A stretch of 26,291 bases of DNA from a bacterium (GTDB lineage: Bacteria > Fidelibacterota > Marinisomatia > Marinisomatales > UBA1611). The notes under the pieces were generated by a model. The model had not been told where the DNA came from. It saw only the letters and a list, made by a program, of their open reading frames with translations, and did not search any database. Shown one piece after another: positions 1-8,692 of the stretch (positions are counted from its first letter, which is position 1; every line of letters starts with the position of its first letter). The translations under genes and the position numbers were made by a program. Where the stretch lies: contig JAYPIC010000020.1 of NCBI GenBank assembly GCA_038127595.1, positions 1-26,291 on the forward strand, read 5' to 3'.

Positions 1-2
1 CG

Positions 3-488
3 TTTGATAACTTGGAGTGGTTTGGTAGAGGGCCACATGAGAGTTATTGGGATAGAAAAACATCTGCAAAAATTGATAGATACAAAGGAAAAGTAATAGA
101 TCAAACGTATAAGTATGTTAGGCCCCAAGAAACTGGTAATAAAACTGATATTAGATGGTTAGCGCTTTACAATGGCTCTGTTGGCCTAATGGTTAAGGGT
201 TTGCCAGTATTTGATGGGAGTGTTCACCATTATGATTACGCTTTACTTGATTATTACAAAGGAAGCCAGCTTCATGGTAAGACTGATATTACTAAGGGAG
301 ATCAAATCGATTTAATTGTTGACCATAAACAAATGGGTGTTGGTGGTGACAATAGCTGGGGTGCAAAGCCTCATCCCAAATACACTTTGCCTATGGATAC
401 TACAGTATATAACCTTGAGTATGCAATAATACCATTTAATAAAAAAAATGAATTAGATGCTTTGTCAAGACTGAATATGGATAATTAA
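3..488 (+). CDS. Beta-galactosidase (GH2, LacZ-type), C-terminal small-chain domain; 5'-truncated by window edge
   Basis: Frame is open from base 3 (FDNLEWFGRGPHESYWDRK), so the TTG at 12 is not a true start. Motifs WFGRGPHESYWDRK, YVRPQETGNKTDIRW and DHKQMGVGGDNSWG match the LacZ C-terminal domain. Confidence 0.9.
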   Translation, partial: FDNLEWFGRGPHESYWDRKTSAKIDRYKGKVIDQTYKYVRPQETGNKTDIRWLALYNGSVGLMVKGLPVFDGSVHHYDYALLDYYKGSQLHGKTDITKGDQIDLIVDHKQMGVGGDNSWGAKPHPKYTLPMDTTVYNLEYAIIPFNKKNELDALSRLNMDN

Positions 489-506
489 TAAAGGGAAGTA
501 AGTAAC

Positions 507-2102
507 ATGAATACAATATCTCTGGTTTCATTTGTAATAGCAACAGGAGCTGTTGCATTTTTTACATTTTTTATTGTTTCAAAAATGAAAAAATCAGATA
601 GTGCTACTGAGGAATATTTTACTGGAGGAAGGGCACTTGCTTGGCCAGTAGTAGCTGGATCTTTACTTTTAACAAACTTATCAACAGAACAATTAGTAGG
701 GTTAAACGGAGACGTATTTGGAGATAAAGCATTAGTTGGGATTGCGTGGGAGGCGTTGGCGGCTTTTGCTATGATTGCCACTGCGATGCTGTTTTTGCCA
801 ACTTACTTAGCTAGTGGCTTTACGACTACTCCAGCCTTTTTAGAAAAACGTTTTGATAAAATGACCAGGAGTATGGTTTCAGGATTATTCTTATTTGGGT
901 ATGTTACTGTTTTACTACCTGTAGTTCTTTATACGGGTTCGCTTGCATTAATTACAATGTTTGATTTAAATATATCCCTTTGGGTGGTAGCTGCTGCAAT
1001 TGGGCTTCTTGGTAGTTCATATGCCATATTCGGAGGATTAAAATCTGTTGCTGTAAGCGATACATTAAATGGAATTGGTTTACTTATTGGTGGTCTTATG
1101 ATTCCAATATTAGCATTAATGTCTTTAGGTGAGGGGTCTTTTTTTGATGGTTTGACTATTTTAGGCACTGATAAACCAGAATATTTAAGAGTTTTTACAC
1201 AAGAGAATTTTGAAGGTAAACAAGTTTCAGTTCCTTGGCCTACATTATTAACAGGGATGATGTTTATTCAAATTTTTTATTGGTCAACAAACCAGGTCAT
1301 TGTTCAAAGGGCAATGGCAGCAAAAAGTTTAGCTGAAGGTCAAAAAGGAGTTTTGTTTGCATCTGCAATGAAATTAGTTGGTCCATTAATGCTATGTTTA
1401 CCAGGTATTATAGCTCTACATATGCCAAATCTTGAAATTGAAAAACAAGATCAGGTTTATGGCGCAGTCGTAAGACATGTTTTGCCTGACTGGTCTTTGG
1501 GATTATTTGCTGCTGTGCTAATGGGCTCTATTTTGAGTTCATTTAACAGCGCTTTGAATAGTGCTTCCACTCTATTTTCGCTGCAATTTTATAAAGGGTA
1601 TATGAATGAAAATGCTACAGAAATAGAGATAGTAAGTACTGGAAAAAAATTTGGGATAATTCTTGCAATAGCATCAATAATTATAGCTCCTTTTTTAGCT
1701 CAATTAGATTCAATATTTCAATATCTCCAGAAAGTTAATGGAATATACAGCGTTCCAATTATAGCTATTTTTTTACTAGGTATTCTTACCAAGCATATCC
1801 CTGCTTTAGGAGCAAAAATTGGTATGATTGTCGGGTTCGTTTCTTATGCATATTTTGTATTCTTCCCTATCGAAAATCTTCATTGGCTTCATATGTATTT
1901 CATTAGCTTCACATGGTCAATTATGGTAATGCTCTTGGTTGGATATTTAAAACCAAAGAGTCAAAAGGAAATTGAAATTAGCGATGAGAGAGACCCCGCT
2001 CCTGTTGATATGACTCCGTGGCCAAAGGCAAAAGAAGCATCTATAGTTATAGTTGCAGTCACAATATTAATTTATGTTTTATTATCTTCCATCTCTGCCT
2101 AG
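507..2102 (+). CDS. Sodium:solute symporter (SSS family, YidK-like), probable sugar transporter
   Basis: 531 aa with many hydrophobic helices. SSS motifs EYFTGGR, SLLLTNLSTEQLVGL, GGLKSVAVSD, FYWSTNQVIVQRAMAAKS and SSFNSALNSASTLF. Confidence 0.92.
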   Translation: MNTISLVSFVIATGAVAFFTFFIVSKMKKSDSATEEYFTGGRALAWPVVAGSLLLTNLSTEQLVGLNGDVFGDKALVGIAWEALAAFAMIATAMLFLPTYLASGFTTTPAFLEKRFDKMTRSMVSGLFLFGYVTVLLPVVLYTGSLALITMFDLNISLWVVAAAIGLLGSSYAIFGGLKSVAVSDTLNGIGLLIGGLMIPILALMSLGEGSFFDGLTILGTDKPEYLRVFTQENFEGKQVSVPWPTLLTGMMFIQIFYWSTNQVIVQRAMAAKSLAEGQKGVLFASAMKLVGPLMLCLPGIIALHMPNLEIEKQDQVYGAVVRHVLPDWSLGLFAAVLMGSILSSFNSALNSASTLFSLQFYKGYMNENATEIEIVSTGKKFGIILAIASIIIAPFLAQLDSIFQYLQKVNGIYSVPIIAIFLLGILTKHIPALGAKIGMIVGFVSYAYFVFFPIENLHWLHMYFISFTWSIMVMLLVGYLKPKSQKEIEISDERDPAPVDMTPWPKAKEASIVIVAVTILIYVLLSSISA

Positions 2103-2111
2103 AAAAATTTA

Positions 2112-3155
2112 ATGATTGAACTTTCGCCATTAGAAAAATGGTCACCCAATAATAAGCGTCTTGAAATAAATACAATTGACGCGCATACAGGAGGAGAGCC
2201 GTTACGAATTATTATTAATGGATTCCCCAAACTAAATGGTAATACAGTATTAGAAAAGAGGAATCATTTGGCACAAGAATTTGATCATTTGAGGAAAACA
2301 ATAATGCTTGAACCTAGAGGGCATGCTGACATGTATGGCGCTCTGATAGTCGAACCAGAAAATAAAGGCTCAGACTTTGGAGTAATTTTTATGCATAATG
2401 AAGGGTATTCTACAGGATGTGGCCATGCAGTAATTGCTATTTCAACAGTGCTTGTAGAAACAGGTATAATTAATGTAATTGAGCCCGAAACTGAAATAAA
2501 TATGGATGTCCCATCGGGGACAATTAAATCATATGTTAAAGTAAAAAATAATAAAGTTAATTCAGTGAGATTCCTAAATGTTCCTTCTTTTGTGGAGCTT
2601 TTGGATGCAAGTATATCAATTCCTGGATTAGGCATAATAAACTATGACCTTGCCTATGGAGGTGCTTATTATGCTATTGTAAAAGGTGAAGATGTTGGTT
2701 TGAATAGTGAATTAAGTAAAATGAGTGAATTCGTTGATATTGGTATGAAGATTAAAAATAACATAATTCAACATATAAAAATTGAGCATCCGATAATGCC
2801 AGAGATGAATTTTTTATATGGGACTATTTTTACATTTGATCCAATAGATAATAATAATCACAGTAGGAATGTTTGCGTTTTTGCAAACGGGGAAGTGGAT
2901 AGAAGTCCAACTGGAACAGGCGTAAGTGCGCGTGCTGCGATACACTATGCCAGAAATGAAATCAAAATCCGAGAAATGTTGACTATAGAAAGTATAATTG
3001 GTTCAACATTTAATGTTTCAGTGATAGAAGAGTCTAAAATTGGTTCACTAGATGCTGTAATACCTGAGGTAGTTGGTTCAGCTAATATAGTTGGTAGAAA
3101 TACTTTCTGGGTTGATCCCACCGATGATATTGCTCAAGGGTTTATGTTAAGATAG
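2112..3155 (+). CDS. Proline racemase family protein, Cys/Thr type; probable trans-3-hydroxy-L-proline dehydratase
   Basis: DAHTGGEPLR, EPRGHADMYG, HNEGYSTGCGH (Cys103) and DRSPTGTG (Thr267 where racemases/epimerases have DRSPCGTG). Confidence 0.88.
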   Translation: MIELSPLEKWSPNNKRLEINTIDAHTGGEPLRIIINGFPKLNGNTVLEKRNHLAQEFDHLRKTIMLEPRGHADMYGALIVEPENKGSDFGVIFMHNEGYSTGCGHAVIAISTVLVETGIINVIEPETEINMDVPSGTIKSYVKVKNNKVNSVRFLNVPSFVELLDASISIPGLGIINYDLAYGGAYYAIVKGEDVGLNSELSKMSEFVDIGMKIKNNIIQHIKIEHPIMPEMNFLYGTIFTFDPIDNNNHSRNVCVFANGEVDRSPTGTGVSARAAIHYARNEIKIREMLTIESIIGSTFNVSVIEESKIGSLDAVIPEVVGSANIVGRNTFWVDPTDDIAQGFMLR

Positions 3156-3163
3156 ATAAACAT

Positions 3164-4531
3164 ATGTCCTTAAAAAAAATTAGTAGGAGAAGCTTCATTA
3201 AACAATCTACTTTTGTAGGTGCATCAGTTGCTTTGTTACCATCAAAAATGAGTGCTGTAAAAGATAGTAGTTTAAAATTAAGATTAGGAGTCATCGGCAC
3301 AGGCCTTAGAGGTCAGTGGATGACTCACCTATGCATGCTTAGAGGTGATGTAGATATCAGAGCTATTTGCGATATTGATCATGAAATGATTAATACGACT
3401 TTAAATATAATTAAAAAGTCAGGAAATAAACCTCCGGATATCTATAAGAAAAATGAGCATGATTTTTTAAACCTTGTAAACCGAAATGACATTGATGCTG
3501 TATATATTGCTACACCTTGGGAGTGGCATCATGAAATGGCTGTTGCGGCAATGAAGCAGGGTAAGCATGTTGGTGTTGAATGTCCTGCTGCATTAACAGT
3601 AAATGATCTTTGGGATTTAGTTAATGTGAGCGAAAAAGAAAATAAGCATTGCATGTTAATGGAAAATGTGTGCTATCGAAGAGATGTGATGGCTGTGCTA
3701 AATATGGTAAGGGAGGGAGTATTTGGAGAATTATTACACTGCCAAGGCGGGTATCAGCATGATCTAAGAGAGGTTAAGTTTAATGATGGAAAGCAGCCTT
3801 ATGGCGGAGGATTAGAATTCAATGATAAAGGATATAGCGAATCTAAATGGAGGACACAACATTCCATTGATAGAAATGGAGATTTATACCCTACTCATGG
3901 AATAGGTCCAATTCATACAATGCTGGATATTAATAGAGGGAACAGGTTTGTCCATATGACCTCCACAGCATCACAATCTAGAGGATTGAACAAACACATC
4001 ATTGATCAAGGAGGTCATAATCATCGTAACGCTGGAACAAAATTCAAGCTAGGTGATGTTGTGACATCTGTTATAAAATGTATAAATGGCCAGACAATTG
4101 TTTTAAGCCATGATACAAGCTCACCTAGACCTTATAGCTTGAATTTTCGTGTACAAGGCACGGAAGGATTATGGATGGTAGATAATAACTCTATCTACAT
4201 TCAAGGACTTAGTAAAGAGGAGCATCGCTGGGAATCGGATGAGGATTATTTAAAACAATACGATCATCCATTGTGGAAAAAGTTTGAGAAAAGCGCCGCT
4301 GGTTCTGGGCATGGAGGTATGGATTTTTTTATTTTAAATGCATTTGTTGAACCCCTTAAAAGAGGCTTAAAACCTCCGCTGGATGTTTATGATGCAGCTA
4401 GCATGAGTGTAATAAGTCCACTATCTGAAAAATCTATTAAGCTTGGAAGCGCACCAGTCAAATTTCCAGATTTTACTCGCGGAAAATGGAAAAAAAATAA
4501 ACCTATATTTGGTTTAAATACTGATTATTGA
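3164..4531 (+). CDS. GH109 NAD+-dependent glycoside hydrolase (alpha-N-acetylgalactosaminidase-like; Gfo/Idh/MocA fold), Tat-exported
   Basis: Twin-arginine signal SRRSFIK, Rossmann GVIGTGLRG, ATPWEWH, MENVCY, GDLYPTHG, HDTSSPRPY and GHGGMDF typical of GH109. Confidence 0.88.
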   Translation: MSLKKISRRSFIKQSTFVGASVALLPSKMSAVKDSSLKLRLGVIGTGLRGQWMTHLCMLRGDVDIRAICDIDHEMINTTLNIIKKSGNKPPDIYKKNEHDFLNLVNRNDIDAVYIATPWEWHHEMAVAAMKQGKHVGVECPAALTVNDLWDLVNVSEKENKHCMLMENVCYRRDVMAVLNMVREGVFGELLHCQGGYQHDLREVKFNDGKQPYGGGLEFNDKGYSESKWRTQHSIDRNGDLYPTHGIGPIHTMLDINRGNRFVHMTSTASQSRGLNKHIIDQGGHNHRNAGTKFKLGDVVTSVIKCINGQTIVLSHDTSSPRPYSLNFRVQGTEGLWMVDNNSIYIQGLSKEEHRWESDEDYLKQYDHPLWKKFEKSAAGSGHGGMDFFILNAFVEPLKRGLKPPLDVYDAASMSVISPLSEKSIKLGSAPVKFPDFTRGKWKKNKPIFGLNTDY

Positions 4532-4582
4532 CTTAGGTTAATCTATATTTTCCCCAAATAATTATTTTAAAGAACTCAACTT

Positions 4583-5653
4583 GTGAAAATAAAAACACCT
4601 GGGAGAATTTGTTTATTTGGTGAGCATCAAGACTACCTTGGTTTACCAGTTATTGCAATGGCAATTTCAAAGTTTTCAAGTTTATCGGGCGTTGCTAGAA
4701 ATGATGCTAAAGTGGTAATTAGGAAACCTGATATCAATAATATTGAAGAGTTTAGTCTAAATGATATTAAATATGATTCAAAGCAGGATATTTTTAAAAG
4801 CGGATTTAATATTTGCAAAAGATTTGGATTCAAATTTTCTAGAGGTTTTGATGTTACTGTAAAAAGTGATATTCCAATAAAAGCTGGTACAAGTAGCTCT
4901 TCATCATTATTAGTCAGTTGGATACATTTTTTAACTAGAAATGCTGACAATGCGAAAAATATTTCAAAGCAAGTAATTGGTCAGTTAGCTTATGAGGCTG
5001 AAGTAATTGAATTAGATTCCCCAGGAGGAATGATGGATCAATTTTCAACGTCAATCGGTGGTCTTATTTACCTAGAATCTCATCCTAAGTTGCAAATTGA
5101 TAAAATTGATCGCGATATAGGCAAATTTGTTCTAGGTGACTCTCGTCAACAAAAAGATACTATTGGGATATTATCCAGATGTAAAAATGAACGTCTTGCC
5201 ATTTTAGAAAAAATAAATAGAAAAGATTCGAATATGAACTTTAATTCGATTTTAGAGCCTGATCTTAAAAGATTTAATTTAAGTAAAAGGGAAGAACAGC
5301 TAATGGTTGGAACAATTAGAAATAGAGATATTTTAATTCAGGCAAAATATGAATTAAAAAAAGAAAAAATTGATAAATCATATTTTGGTGAGCTTTTAAA
5401 TGAGCATCATTCAATCTTGGATAAAATATTAAATATTAGCACTCCTAGAATAGAATTAATGTTAAAATCAGCATTGCAAGTTGGAGCATATGGAGGAAAA
5501 ATAAATGGTTCAGGCGGTGGAGGTTGTATGATTGCTTATTGTCCAGAAAACTCCTCAGAGACAAAAAGGGCCATTGAAAAGGCTGGTGGTAAAGCACATA
5601 TTGTAAATATTGCTGCGGGAACGCAGGAAGATAAAAAGGAAAATATTGTATGA
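4583..5653 (+). CDS. GHMP-family sugar kinase (galactokinase / N-acetylgalactosamine kinase-like)
   Basis: GTG start. PGRICLFGEHQDY (GalK signature), PIKAGTSSSSS P-loop, GGMMDQ and GGKINGSGGGGC. Confidence 0.87.
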   Translation: MKIKTPGRICLFGEHQDYLGLPVIAMAISKFSSLSGVARNDAKVVIRKPDINNIEEFSLNDIKYDSKQDIFKSGFNICKRFGFKFSRGFDVTVKSDIPIKAGTSSSSSLLVSWIHFLTRNADNAKNISKQVIGQLAYEAEVIELDSPGGMMDQFSTSIGGLIYLESHPKLQIDKIDRDIGKFVLGDSRQQKDTIGILSRCKNERLAILEKINRKDSNMNFNSILEPDLKRFNLSKREEQLMVGTIRNRDILIQAKYELKKEKIDKSYFGELLNEHHSILDKILNISTPRIELMLKSALQVGAYGGKINGSGGGGCMIAYCPENSSETKRAIEKAGGKAHIVNIAAGTQEDKKENIV

Positions 5654-6534
5654 AAGATATGACATTGCTAGTGATGGCAGCTGGAATGGGATCAAGGTAT
5701 GGAGGTTTAAAACAACTTGATGCAGTGGGGCCAAATGGAGAGACAATAATAGATTTTTCTGTATATGATGCCATTAGAACAGGATATAATAAAGTAGTTT
5801 TTATCATAAGGAAGGACTTTGAAAAACAGTTTAAACAAAAAGTTTCAAACAAATATAAAAATAAGATTGATGTAGAGATTGTATATCAAGATCTAAATGA
5901 TTTGCCTGGGTCTTTTCGTTGTCCAAATGAAAGATCGAAACCTTGGGGCACAGGGCATGCGATTTTAGCTGCTAGAAACGCGATATCAGAACCATTTGTT
6001 GCTATTAATGGAGATGACTTTTATGGGAAAGAGTCTTTCGAAGTTATCAGTAATTATTATTCATCAGTAAATAGTGGGTTTGCAATGGCTGCCTTTCAAT
6101 TAGATAAAACATTGTCAGAAAATGGTTCAGTTTCCCGTGGAATTTGTGAGCAAAATTCAAATGAATTAGTAACTGTTGTTGAAACACATGATATTAAAAA
6201 AAATAGTGCTGGAATCATTGAGTGTGATCGAGATATTTCACTTTTAGGTAGTGAGTTAGTATCCATGAATATGTGGGGGTTTACGCCTACATTGTTTGAC
6301 CATCTAGAAAAAATGTTTAATGATTTTTTAATGGGTAATATATCAGATTTAAAAAGTGAATTTTTGATACCGTCTGTAATAAATGATTTGATAGAAAAAA
6401 ATATTGAAAAAGTTAAAGTGCTTAAAACACAATCTACCTGGTTTGGAGTGACTTATGTTGAAGATAAGGCGTTTGTTGAAAGTCAAATTAAAGAATTGAT
6501 TCAAAGCGGCGAATATCCGGTAAGTTTATTTTAA
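5650..6534 (+). CDS. Sugar-1-phosphate nucleotidyltransferase
   Basis: MAAGMGSRYGGLKQ, PWGTGHA, INGDDFYG and VSMNMWGF. ATGA overlap with the kinase stop codon. Confidence 0.88.
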   Translation: MKDMTLLVMAAGMGSRYGGLKQLDAVGPNGETIIDFSVYDAIRTGYNKVVFIIRKDFEKQFKQKVSNKYKNKIDVEIVYQDLNDLPGSFRCPNERSKPWGTGHAILAARNAISEPFVAINGDDFYGKESFEVISNYYSSVNSGFAMAAFQLDKTLSENGSVSRGICEQNSNELVTVVETHDIKKNSAGIIECDRDISLLGSELVSMNMWGFTPTLFDHLEKMFNDFLMGNISDLKSEFLIPSVINDLIEKNIEKVKVLKTQSTWFGVTYVEDKAFVESQIKELIQSGEYPVSLF

Positions 6535-6553
6535 GGAAATAGGAGATTCAAAT

Positions 6554-6859
6554 ATGGAAAATAATAATTTTGAAATGATTTCGTTTGAAGACGCGGAAGG
6601 CATCCTTAAAGATGAAAATTCTTCAATATTTGATATAAGAGATGAGGTTTCTTACAATGACTCTCATTACTCTAACGCAATTCATTTAACGAACGAAAAT
6701 TTTAGTAAAATTGTTGAACAAACCGATAGAGAAAAGACTATCCTTGTGTACTGTTATAAAGGAATTTCTAGCCAAAATGTCGCCCAGCATTTATGTAATC
6801 TTGGTTTTAAAAATGTTTATAGTTTAAATGGTGGTTACAAAGATCGTACGGTAAAATAA
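6554..6859 (+). CDS. glpE: Single-domain rhodanese / thiosulfate sulfurtransferase, GlpE-like
   Basis: FDIRD, active-site loop YCYKGISSQ (compare GlpE CYHGNSS) and VYSLNGGY. AGGAG ribosome-binding site at 6541-6545. Confidence 0.82.
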   Translation: MENNNFEMISFEDAEGILKDENSSIFDIRDEVSYNDSHYSNAIHLTNENFSKIVEQTDREKTILVYCYKGISSQNVAQHLCNLGFKNVYSLNGGYKDRTVK

Positions 6860-6880
6860 TAATACTAGAAATATCATTTT

Positions 6881-7813
6881 ATGTTATTGGTTAGCGGTAA
6901 GGAAATAAAATCATCAATTTCAATGCCTGAGGCAATAGATTACGTTGCTAAAGGTTTCTCAGATTTCAATGATGGACTTTTTCATATGCCTCAACGAACA
7001 ATAATGGACATTGAAGCAGCAACAGTTTTAACTATGCCGTGTTATAGAAAAGATGGGAAATATTTTGTCATAAAGGTTGTTACTGTTTTTGACCAATCAT
7101 CAATCAAAAAAGATAAAATGGTCGACTCTTCTGTTCTTGTATTTGATTCAAAAAATGGAAATTTACTAGCTAAACTTGATGGAGATTCAATTACAGCAAT
7201 TAGAACTGGGGCAGCATCTGGAATAGCAACCAAATATTTTTCTTCTCCATTGAGCGAGGTGTTAGCTATTTTTGGCACAGGTGTTCAAGCTCTTACCCAG
7301 ATTGAAGCAGTTATTTCTTGCCGTCCAATTAAAAAAGTTTTCGTATTTAGTAGAAATGTAAAATCAGCTAAAAGATTTTCAGACCACACACATAATTTAT
7401 TTTCAATTGATGTTATGCCGGGGAAGGTAAAAGATTTAAAAAATGCAGATGTAATTTGCACTGCAACACCATCTGAGGATAGTCTTTTTAAGTTAGGCAC
7501 TATCAAAAGAGGAGTTCATATTAATGCTATTGGCTCATTTAAACCTTCTATGAAGGAAATTCATTGTGACATAATTAATAGCTCTAAAATTATAGTTGAT
7601 TCATTAGGGGCATGCATAAAAGAAGCAGGGGATTTAATTCAAGCCAAAAATGAAACTTCATGGGATTTTGACAATGTCTCCATGCAGCTTGGCGAGGTAT
7701 TTTCGAAACAAGAAAAATTAAATGACTTACAAAAAAATAATACATTATTTAAATCTGTGGGTTTAGCATTTCAAGACTTGGTTATGGCTGAGGCGGTAAT
7801 GCATGGTTTATAA
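6881..7813 (+). CDS. Ornithine cyclodeaminase / mu-crystallin family; probable Delta1-pyrroline-2-carboxylate (ketimine) reductase
   Basis: ITAIRTGAASGIATK, FGTGVQA, ADVICTAT, HINAIGSF and FKSVGLAFQDL. The specific activity is inferred from the nearby dehydratase. Confidence 0.85.
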   Translation: MLLVSGKEIKSSISMPEAIDYVAKGFSDFNDGLFHMPQRTIMDIEAATVLTMPCYRKDGKYFVIKVVTVFDQSSIKKDKMVDSSVLVFDSKNGNLLAKLDGDSITAIRTGAASGIATKYFSSPLSEVLAIFGTGVQALTQIEAVISCRPIKKVFVFSRNVKSAKRFSDHTHNLFSIDVMPGKVKDLKNADVICTATPSEDSLFKLGTIKRGVHINAIGSFKPSMKEIHCDIINSSKIIVDSLGACIKEAGDLIQAKNETSWDFDNVSMQLGEVFSKQEKLNDLQKNNTLFKSVGLAFQDLVMAEAVMHGL

Positions 7814-7834
7814 TTCTAAGAAACATTTTATACA

Positions 7835-8668
7835 TTGAACATATCTGTTGTAATACCATCTTATAATCGAAAAGAATTTCTTAAAAGATCAATCGATTCT
7901 GCCATTAATCAAACAAAAAAGCCTTTTGAGATAATCGTTGTTGATGATGGTTCGACAGATGGAACAGAAACAATGATTAAGAGTGATTATGATTTTGTAA
8001 AATTTATCAAGCAAAAAAATAAAGGTGTTAGCGCTGCCAGAAATATTGGAATTGAAGTTTCAATTGGAGAATGGATTTGTTTTTTAGATTCAGATGATGA
8101 ATGGAAAAAAGACAAGTTAGAAAAACAGATTATTGCTATGAAAAGTAATCCGGGTTATAAGTTCTTTCACTCCAATGAAATATGGATAAAAAATGGAATA
8201 AGGATAAATCAAAAGAAAAAGCATAAAAAATATGGCGGTGATATATTTGACAAATGTTTAGACATGTGCAGGATATCTCCTTCTTCTGTTATGATTGATA
8301 AAACTGTATTTGATGAAGTAGGCAATTTTAATGAAAATCTTGTTGTATGTGAGGATTATGAATTATGGTTAAGGATATGTGACAAATACAGAGTTTTTTT
8401 CATTGATGAACCTTTGATTATTAAGTACGGAGGACATCAAGGCCAACTGTCTTACTCTATTGAATCAATCGAGAATCACAGGATAAAGGCCTTGGAGTAT
8501 TTAATATTAGAGAATTTAAATAGGAAAAATAAGAGGCATGCAATTCAAATGTTGTTAAGTAAGCTTAACATTTACTTAAAAGGGCTTGTTAAAAGAAGGA
8601 AGAATGATGAAATTGCAGTGTATGAGGAAAAAATAAAGGTTTGGAATAAGTTTAGTATTGAGTATTAA
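7835..8668 (+). CDS. Glycosyltransferase family 2
   Basis: TTG start. ISVVIPSYNR, IIVVDDGSTD, GVSAARN, FLDSDD and EDYELWLR. Confidence 0.92.
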   Translation: MNISVVIPSYNRKEFLKRSIDSAINQTKKPFEIIVVDDGSTDGTETMIKSDYDFVKFIKQKNKGVSAARNIGIEVSIGEWICFLDSDDEWKKDKLEKQIIAMKSNPGYKFFHSNEIWIKNGIRINQKKKHKKYGGDIFDKCLDMCRISPSSVMIDKTVFDEVGNFNENLVVCEDYELWLRICDKYRVFFIDEPLIIKYGGHQGQLSYSIESIENHRIKALEYLILENLNRKNKRHAIQMLLSKLNIYLKGLVKRRKNDEIAVYEEKIKVWNKFSIEY

Positions 8669-8692
8669 GTTCTTTATCTTCGTTAATAATAT

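Noticed and set aside
2112..3155. Annotation as a true proline racemase or 4-hydroxyproline epimerase
   Set aside because: The second catalytic Cys is Thr (SPTGTG), which does not fit the two-cysteine mechanism.
4528..4582. Sigma70 promoter from TTGACT at 4528
   Set aside because: No acceptable -10 hexamer at 16-18 bp spacing.
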